Shown piece by piece: positions 57,662 to 64,000 of a stretch of 64,000 bases of DNA. A program made the translations under genes and the position numbers. How positions within the stretch are numbered: the stretch's first letter is position 1; the number at the start of each line of letters is the position of its first letter. This DNA comes from an uncultured Gammaproteobacteria bacterium (GTDB lineage Bacteria; Patescibacteriota; Patescibacteriia; JAHIZJ01): the NCBI GenBank assembly GCA_964594455.1, contig CAZQLY010000007.1, positions 13,586 through 77,585 of the forward strand, given 5' to 3'. The notes under the pieces are model-generated. The model did no database searches. It was not told where the DNA came from and was given only the letters and a program-made list of their open reading frames with translations.

Positions 57662-58567
57662 TTATTCAAAGTTTCGAAATTCCTCTTCTGGTCCATTCCA
57701 GACCGACTTTCCCTTCTGAACTTCGCTGGCATTCCTGACGTGGTCGTGAAATGTATTTATTTTATTACGATCATCCGAAACCACCCTCACTCTATTCGAC
57801 ATATTTTTTCTACCCGGTATCTCTTCTATATCATCAACATTATTTTTGTTAGGAATATAATTTTCAACCATGTAGTCATTTTTGTCAGCCTCACTCTGAT
57901 CTCTTAATTCCGCAGAACCGTCAGTCGGCTCATCATCACGAGATACTCTAGAATTATCCCTACCTTGTTCACGAAAACCCTGATAGATATGAAATCCGGC
58001 AGATCCGCCAAAGCCAATCAGTAATCCGGCAATTATATTCATGGGGATATTAGGACGAGCCGGATCAGTCTCAGTAAACGGATAGTCAACAACCTTTAAG
58101 ACAATGGAATTGCCACCACCAACATATTCAACACCATTCTCGGACAACACAATAGCTAAAGCCTTAGCCAGTTCAGTAGCTCGCTCAGGTTCAGTGTTGT
58201 AAACTGAAACCTTTACCATGCCAACATCAGCCAAGACTCTGGTTTCAATCTGTTTTTTCCATTCTTGGCGTCTGGCTTCCTCATTCTCAGGAAAGCTGAA
58301 ATCTGAAGACAAATAACCAGAGTTTAACACCTTATCATAGAAAGACGTGGTATAGATAACCTGGCCTAAAGAAAGGCTTAGTCTTTCAGCTGACTTGGCA
58401 GCAGCATAAGCATCTAGATTCGTATCCTTCTCGATCACTAAAAGTGAAAAAGAAGAACGGTACTCAGGCTTTTGGATTAAAGTGACAATTACACTTAATC
58501 CAACAACCACTAAAGTTACAAGCAGAATTGATATCCAATTTTCTTTAATTTTAGCTAAATAATTCAT
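57662..58567 (-). CDS. Wzz/CapA (YveK)-family polysaccharide chain-length protein
   Basis: Two TMs; P.YRSS; PARPNIPMNII; disordered C-terminal tail. Confidence 0.8.
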   Translation of the reverse strand: MNYLAKIKENWISILLVTLVVVGLSVIVTLIQKPEYRSSFSLLVIEKDTNLDAYAAAKSAERLSLSLGQVIYTTSFYDKVLNSGYLSSDFSFPENEEARRQEWKKQIETRVLADVGMVKVSVYNTEPERATELAKALAIVLSENGVEYVGGGNSIVLKVVDYPFTETDPARPNIPMNIIAGLLIGFGGSAGFHIYQGFREQGRDNSRVSRDDEPTDGSAELRDQSEADKNDYMVENYIPNKNNVDDIEEIPGRKNMSNRVRVVSDDRNKINTFHDHVRNASEVQKGKSVWNGPEEEFRNFE

Positions 58568-58638
58568 TCTTGTGCCTTAATTTATAATTTTTACCGAAGT
58601 TCGGTACAATATTAGGCCCCTCCTCCGATAAACAGCAT

Positions 58639-58667
58639 AGGTTAACATATATTTCCGCACTTGTCAA
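58639..58667 (-). promoter_or_regulatory. Promoter TTGACA-17-TAACCT of the Wzz-like gene
   Basis: Hexamers and spacing read directly. Confidence 0.6.
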
Positions 58668-58744
58668 CACCTAAGGGGCGTAAACCAAAAGAACAGACTT
58701 TAGCCTGTTCACTTTAGTTTATCTCTATAATTATTTCAACAATA

Positions 58745-58900
58745 TCAGCCCAAGAGGTCAATCAGCTGGTCCAAAAATATAACAATTAATACCAAGAGGC
58801 CGATTAGTAAAAACAGGCAACCCAAGCCGCCATAGAGCATCATTTTGGCTCTGATTTTCTTTTTCTCAAGCTCTATTTTGTTGCCTTGTTGCTCGACCAT
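58745..58900 (-). CDS. 51-aa single-TM protein directly after AMP phosphorylase (not in ORF track)
   Basis: MVEQQGNKIELEKKKIRAKMMLYGGLGCLFLLIGLLVLIVIFLDQLIDLLG*; ATG 1 nt after the upstream stop. Confidence 0.7.
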   Translation of the reverse strand: MVEQQGNKIELEKKKIRAKMMLYGGLGCLFLLIGLLVLIVIFLDQLIDLLG

Positions 58901-58901
58901 T

Positions 58902-60395
58902 TTATTTTATAGTAAATATTTTTAGCTTTGACAAAGCCTTCTGTGCTAGGACCATCCTTTCTTTGCTCTGAGCATAAAAAGTATAAGTGGGATCGCCCTT
59001 TTTGATCCTGTCGCCTATTCTTTTGTGAATGTGAATACCGGCTAATTTTTCTGAAGGTGCTCCCAAAAGTCTAGCAATATCATCAATCGCTATATCATTC
59101 ACCTCATTTATCTTGCCGTTCTTTTTGGCAAAGTAACGTTTTTTGATGGCGCTTAATGTAACATCATCTGATTTAATATTTGGATTGCCACCTTGAAGCT
59201 TAATTATTTTTTGCATTTTTTCCCAGGCCTGACCCGAGTCTAAAATCTTTTGAGCCAATTTTCTTCCTTGTCCGGCCTTAGCTTTACCGCACAGCTCAAA
59301 TAATTCGCCAGCCAAGAGAATTGATTTTTTCTCTAGATCCATCGGCCTAAGTGGATGTCTTTGTAATACTCTTAAGGCGTCCCGAGCTTCCAGAGCGGGT
59401 CCGATTCCCCGGCCAACTGGTTCTCGAGCTTCAACCATTTTTACTTTCACTTTCATCCCAAATCTTTTCCCTAGATAGAGAAACTTTCTCTCTACATCCC
59501 AGGCTAGTTTTAAATTTGGAATTTTCGTAGTCGGACCAACCGGCATATCAATAACCAAATATTTAATACCCATGGCAACTTTTTTGGCCATGATGCTGAC
59601 TATCATTTTATTGTATGGCTCTATGCCTAAAGGATGCGAGGCTCTGATAATCCGATCGTCGGCCGGGGCGACATTTAGACCACCTCCCCACACCAAACAA
59701 CAATTGTTTTTCTTAACAAACTCTTTTATTTTTTTGATCGGATGGCCGACGGGCGCCAGCATCTCCATAGTATCCGCAGTTCCGGCTGGTGAAGTTACTG
59801 CTCGGGACGACGTCTTGGGAATAATTAATCCTGTAGATGCCACAATCGGGATAACAATCATTGAGGTACGATTACCAGCCAGACCCCCCACCGAATGTTT
59901 GTCTACAACCTTGCCACGAAATCTAACCTGTTCGCCTGTTTCAGCCATAGCTTTGGTCAGATAGTACAGCTCTTCCTTGGAATAATGACGAGCAAAGCTG
60001 CTGGCCACAAAATAGCTGATCTCGCTCCGGCCCAACCTGCGGTTAACTATGTCCTTGACAATCGAGCGTATTTCCTTATAGGTCAAGCTTTTGCCGAGCA
60101 ACTTCTTGATAATTGCCTTGATAGAAGCCGGGCGCGACAATACTTTAACCTGCAAAATCTCATCCTTCTTTATTTTGTGCTCCTCCCAGACTTCTCGAAA
60201 CAGACCTATTTCTCCCGGTTTAACTTTTCGGCTGGTAAAATCAGCTTCGGCCACAACTTTATTCTTTCCCCAGCGCAATTCCAGATCATCACCGGGATGC
60301 ACTCCAAAACGTTCAGCCTCAGAGTTGCGCAATACGGCAACGTAGGGACCATCCGCTCGAAAGTCTAATTTTTTTGTCTTTAAAAAGAATGGCAT
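58902..60395 (-). CDS. AMP phosphorylase (thymidine phosphorylase family with extra N-domain)
   Basis: DKHSVGGLAGN, PKTSSRAVTSPAGTAD, APADD, GIGPALEA; ~85-aa N-terminal domain; adjacent to RuBisCO. Confidence 0.93.
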   Translation of the reverse strand: MPFFLKTKKLDFRADGPYVAVLRNSEAERFGVHPGDDLELRWGKNKVVAEADFTSRKVKPGEIGLFREVWEEHKIKKDEILQVKVLSRPASIKAIIKKLLGKSLTYKEIRSIVKDIVNRRLGRSEISYFVASSFARHYSKEELYYLTKAMAETGEQVRFRGKVVDKHSVGGLAGNRTSMIVIPIVASTGLIIPKTSSRAVTSPAGTADTMEMLAPVGHPIKKIKEFVKKNNCCLVWGGGLNVAPADDRIIRASHPLGIEPYNKMIVSIMAKKVAMGIKYLVIDMPVGPTTKIPNLKLAWDVERKFLYLGKRFGMKVKVKMVEAREPVGRGIGPALEARDALRVLQRHPLRPMDLEKKSILLAGELFELCGKAKAGQGRKLAQKILDSGQAWEKMQKIIKLQGGNPNIKSDDVTLSAIKKRYFAKKNGKINEVNDIAIDDIARLLGAPSEKLAGIHIHKRIGDRIKKGDPTYTFYAQSKERMVLAQKALSKLKIFTIK

Positions 60396-60396
60396 A

Positions 60397-61644
60397 TTAT
60401 TTTCTGCCCCATTTTTTCAGGGCTAAGCTAAGCTCTATATTATTCTTGGCAAAATTTTCCAACGATTGTTGTTTCATCGCAGCGGTTATTGATTGATTTA
60501 TAGCTAAAGCACCGTGGTAAGTGCCTTGAGGATGTCCATGTAATCCACCACCAAAATTCATTATCATGTCCGGTCCAATAATTTTATAAAGATCCGGGAT
60601 CAGTCCGGGGTGTAGCCCACCTGAGGCTATCGGCATTACCGGTTTTATTTTTCCCCACGGTTTTTTCAAAAACTTATTAAGAAGTAGAACGTCTTCTTTG
60701 CCGCCTTCCATCTTTCCTACAACTGTACCAGTATGCAGCTGATCTATTCCACCCAGCCGAGCCAACTTAGCGATTACTAACATTGAGATGCCGTGTTTAG
60801 CGTTTCTTGTCATGACTGAATGCATGGCTCGGTGACCGTGTAATATCAAGCCTAATCTTTTTTTGCGCAAAGCCTGGAGACCGGAAAAACCGACAGTCAT
60901 TATATCCACCATAGCACAATGTCCGCCAGCCTTTTTTACAAACTCAGCTCGTTTAATCATCTCATTGGCTGGGGCACTGATATTAAAAGCGCACAATTTT
61001 TTACTGCCTGTTTCTTTCTCGGCTTTTCTGGCCAAGCGGACAGTTTCTCTGACTCGTTTAGTAAGTGGGTTAAATGATAGGTCTGTTAGGTTTTCGTCAT
61101 CTTTTATTAGATCAGCTCCACCGCGAAAAGCATCATAGGCCACTCGAGCGTGCTGCTTCCAGGTCAAGCCGATTTTTGGTTTGATAATTCCACCTATCAA
61201 AGGACGTTTCTTAATTCCTAATTGACGACGGACGCCTTTTAAACCAAAGGCGGGGCCCAAAAAAGTGTTGATGTACTGTTCGGGCATTTCTAAATCCAGC
61301 AATCTGATGTTTTTGATCACCTTCATGCTAAATATATTTCCAGCTACACATGACAAGAGCTGAGAAATATTGCCCGGTTCAAACAGCTCTAAAGGATAAG
61401 CGATTTGGGCTATATTCTTCCTGGGATACAGCTTAATTACTCGGGCTGATAAACGCTGGAACATTTTATCAGTCAATGTTCCAACACTAGTCCAAGTTCC
61501 TACTGATGATTCTGCTGCAACAATCTGTGCTGATTCTCTTAATGTTTTATTTGATTCAATGTAAAAGGTAGCAATAATATATCGGCTCTTTACTAGTCTT
61601 TTATTCAGAGACAAGTAGCCAAGACGGACGTAATCTTTTTTCAT
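60397..61644 (-). CDS. rbcL: Form III-type RuBisCO large subunit
   Basis: AAESSVGTW, GN, KPK, KDDENL, HGHRAMH, LHTGTVVGKMEG, ASGG, FGGG; catalytic residues present. Confidence 0.93.
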   Translation of the reverse strand: MKKDYVRLGYLSLNKRLVKSRYIIATFYIESNKTLRESAQIVAAESSVGTWTSVGTLTDKMFQRLSARVIKLYPRKNIAQIAYPLELFEPGNISQLLSCVAGNIFSMKVIKNIRLLDLEMPEQYINTFLGPAFGLKGVRRQLGIKKRPLIGGIIKPKIGLTWKQHARVAYDAFRGGADLIKDDENLTDLSFNPLTKRVRETVRLARKAEKETGSKKLCAFNISAPANEMIKRAEFVKKAGGHCAMVDIMTVGFSGLQALRKKRLGLILHGHRAMHSVMTRNAKHGISMLVIAKLARLGGIDQLHTGTVVGKMEGGKEDVLLLNKFLKKPWGKIKPVMPIASGGLHPGLIPDLYKIIGPDMIMNFGGGLHGHPQGTYHGALAINQSITAAMKQQSLENFAKNNIELSLALKKWGRK

Positions 61645-62597
61645 CTTTTTAACCAGGGATAATATTTTTTTATGTATCTTTTGACCTCCGAGGGATTTAG
61701 AACACCAAATTCACATACAATACCTGTAATATTTGCTGCCGGAACCCGATCAAAAGCTAAATTCAAGATATTCAGCCCAGCCGGTGCTCCAGACCATATT
61801 TCTTTGGCCGGTCTATGTTCCAGCTTGATTCTTTGATTTCTGGCATATTTCAATAGACTGGAAACAATATAAACCGGCACTTTATTAACTTCTGCAGCCA
61901 ATGCTATTCCGTAGCTACCTATTTTATTAATAACAGACCCATCCGGTTCAATAACATCAGCCCCGATCAGAACTTGATCCATCATTAAATCCCTGCCAGA
62001 AGCTGTACTGATGAGAAATGGAGCGGCTGAATCAACCACCAGGGTTACCGGGATTTTTTTTGACCTTAGTCTTTTGGCCGTAATCCGACCTTGATACAAG
62101 GGCCGGGTTTCAGAGTTATAGACTTTGAATTTCTTCTGGCTATAGGTTTTTACTAAGAGATTTTCTACTGTTGTTGAATGACAGTGAGTATATACGTTAT
62201 CGCCTTTTTTTATAATCAATCGTCCCAGCTTGGAAATATCTTCAACGGTGTCATCAATAATCTTATTAAATTCTAAGACAGATTTATGCAAAACAAATTT
62301 ATCAGGCTGTTTTTTTATCCTCTCCCAAACAAAAAATAGGCCATTCCTGGCTAAAGGCTCTGTGGGCCGGTTATTTTTTATCAAATAAGTTGCAGCAGCC
62401 TTCATCTCTCTGAGCCAGTTTTTTGGCTGCTTGATGCCCAGATGTTTTCCAAAATCATCGTAAGCATCCAACACCGCCCTAGCTACAGCGGTTGCTCCCT
62501 GGTATTTAAAATCGTCTATGTCTTTTAATGCCTTGTCTAGTTTTTGATAACCCATTTTTATTAAAACCTCCTCAATCGGACGAGAAGGCTCCCTCAC
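61641..62597 (-). CDS. Ribose-1,5-bisphosphate isomerase (eIF-2B-like)
   Basis: QGAT, RPTEP, THCHS (catalytic Cys), ETRP.YQG, GAD, NKIGS; overlaps rbcL. Confidence 0.9.
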   Translation of the reverse strand: MREPSRPIEEVLIKMGYQKLDKALKDIDDFKYQGATAVARAVLDAYDDFGKHLGIKQPKNWLREMKAAATYLIKNNRPTEPLARNGLFFVWERIKKQPDKFVLHKSVLEFNKIIDDTVEDISKLGRLIIKKGDNVYTHCHSTTVENLLVKTYSQKKFKVYNSETRPLYQGRITAKRLRSKKIPVTLVVDSAAPFLISTASGRDLMMDQVLIGADVIEPDGSVINKIGSYGIALAAEVNKVPVYIVSSLLKYARNQRIKLEHRPAKEIWSGAPAGLNILNLAFDRVPAANITGIVCEFGVLNPSEVKRYIKKYYPWLKR

Positions 62598-62616
62598 TCT
62601 ATTTCACAAATAATAT

Positions 62617-62985
62617 CTATGATTTAATACACTCTCTAATCCTAACCAGCAGATCATCCAAGCTGAGATTGGCTTTTACGAAATAATCACGAGCGCCTTC
62701 GTCCATGGCCTTTTTTATTTCCGCCTTGTCTCCGAAATTTGATAATATTATTACAGGCATATCTTTCGTTTCTTCACTGGCCTTTACTTCTTTTAAGACC
62801 TCATGCCCATTTTTCTTGGGCATCAATAAATCTAATAATAGCAGATCGGGTTTAAACTTTTTCACCTTGAGCAATCCTTCTGCTCCGTCAACCCCCGATT
62901 CAACCTCGTATCCGGCTTTCTTTAGTTTGTCTGTCAGGGCCTGGAGTAGGAATGCCTCGTCTTCCACTACTAATATTTTTGACAT
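62617..62985 (-). CDS. Single-domain response regulator
   Basis: VVEDE, LLDLLMP, ILSN, FVK. Confidence 0.93.
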   Translation of the reverse strand: MSKILVVEDEAFLLQALTDKLKKAGYEVESGVDGAEGLLKVKKFKPDLLLLDLLMPKKNGHEVLKEVKASEETKDMPVIILSNFGDKAEIKKAMDEGARDYFVKANLSLDDLLVRIRECIKS

Positions 62986-62986
62986 A

Positions 62987-63361
62987 CTATTTCTTGGTTA
63001 CTTCGTGTATCTTATTTTTAATCTCCTCAAGATTGGTCTTTGTCTTCACCATATAATGAATCGCTCCCAGTCCTTCAGCCTTCTTCAAATATGCGGAATC
63101 ATCGAGATTACTTAAGATCATGATTGGTATTTGCTTGGTAGATGACTCCCTCTTTAGTTTCTCCAATACCTCAAATCCGCTCATCTTAGGCATAATTAAA
63201 TCTAACAAAATCACATCGGGTAATATTGCCTTAGCTTGTTCAACCCCCTCCTCACCATTTTTGGCAATAGTAAAATTAAACTCATTCTGCAGTTTGGTCT
63301 GAAGTGCTTTTCCGATAATTTCTTCGTCCTCGACAACGAGAACTTTAATCTTGTCAGCCAT
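62987..63361 (-). CDS. Single-domain response regulator
   Basis: VVEDE, LLDLIMP, ILSN, MVK. Confidence 0.93.
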   Translation of the reverse strand: MADKIKVLVVEDEEIIGKALQTKLQNEFNFTIAKNGEEGVEQAKAILPDVILLDLIMPKMSGFEVLEKLKRESSTKQIPIMILSNLDDSAYLKKAEGLGAIHYMVKTKTNLEEIKNKIHEVTKK

Positions 63362-63368
63362 ATATTAT

Positions 63369-64000
63369 TTATATTAATGTCTTTTCACCTTCTCGGCGCT
63401 TACTGCCGGATAAAGGAAGGCTGAAGAAGAAGCTAGTCCCTTTGCCCTCTGTTGATTTGAACCAGATCTTACCACCAGAGGCGTCTACCACGGATTTAGC
63501 TACGTATAATCCCAAGCCAGTTCCTTCTGTTTGCAAAGTAATAACGTTATCCGCCCGGAAAAATTTCTTGAACACTTTTGGCTGTTGAGCCTTGGGAATG
63601 CCGACTCCGGTATCAAACACCTCAAAGGTGAGGTACTTCTTATCTTTCTTGACTCTGACACCAGCTTGACCATCTTCGTTAGTATACTTAACAGCGTTGG
63701 ACAATAAATTTTGAAACACCTGGCGGATCAGCTTCGGATCAATTTTGATCTGAGGAATACCACCCTTTAATCCATTATAGACTACCTTAAGCTTCTTCTC
63801 TTTGACTTTTGGCGTCAGCTCAAATATTACGCTCTTAATCATTCCATCAATATCGGTAGGAATGGGTTCAATAGCAATGGTGCCAGACTCTATGCGCGAC
63901 ACATTCAATAGGTCGTTCACCAGGGCAATCATTCTCTCATTGGACTTATAAGTATGGTCGAGATATTCTAACTGCTCTTTATTGACCTTGCCTGCCTCTT
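63369..64000 (-). CDS. Sensor histidine kinase, 5'-partial
   Basis: N box NLLSNAVKY, DTGVGI, FFRA, GTGLGL; frame open to the window edge. Confidence 0.93.
   Translation of the reverse strand, partial: EAGKVNKEQLEYLDHTYKSNERMIALVNDLLNVSRIESGTIAIEPIPTDIDGMIKSVIFELTPKVKEKKLKVVYNGLKGGIPQIKIDPKLIRQVFQNLLSNAVKYTNEDGQAGVRVKKDKKYLTFEVFDTGVGIPKAQQPKVFKKFFRADNVITLQTEGTGLGLYVAKSVVDASGGKIWFKSTEGKGTSFFFSLPLSGSKRREGEKTLI

Noticed and set aside
60397-62597. Alternative reading as form IV RuBisCO-like protein plus MtnA/eIF-2B (methionine salvage)
   Set aside because: The full RuBisCO catalytic set and the adjacent AMP phosphorylase favour the AMP pathway.

Overview
Bacterial chromosomal window with a low-GC backbone (hand-counted sample lines ~28-35% GC). 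Gene content and style suggest a Patescibacteria/CPR genome, probably ABY1-like; this is an inference from the tightly packed genes mostly lacking SD sites, the CPR-type repeat surface proteins and the form III RuBisCO/AMP pathway. 1-32 kb is mostly housekeeping: proS, mreBCD-mrdA, greA, lysS, serS, alr, ddl, ftsQ-like, gltX, corA, WecG/TagA, thpR, an AmmeMemoRadiSam trio, priA-def-fmt, a GT2, a MacB-like ABC pair and clpB with a CIRCE element. 32-58 kb is accessory: a surface-polysaccharide region (three GT4, Wzy/WaaL-like, Wzz-like, GH-like/FG-GAP protein) interleaved with five high-GC (~52-65% in sampled lines) orphan-gene cassettes. Each cassette has strong SD sites and an intrinsic terminator; four have their own sigma70-type promoter and several a boxA-like motif. 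The largest encodes a LysM plus outer-membrane-type beta-barrel protein, a lipoprotein and a secreted protein. An ~87-bp inverted repeat with a 25-bp perfect, hix-like outer part brackets the GT4 + Wzy/WaaL pair and abuts the terminators of two of these cassettes. 58.7-64 kb holds a complete R15P isomerase-RuBisCO-AMP phosphorylase operon downstream of a histidine kinase and two receiver proteins. Several small ORFs missing from the ORF track, REP-like palindromes and structured leaders were found by hand. No rRNA, tRNA, CRISPR array, transposase or recombinase was seen.
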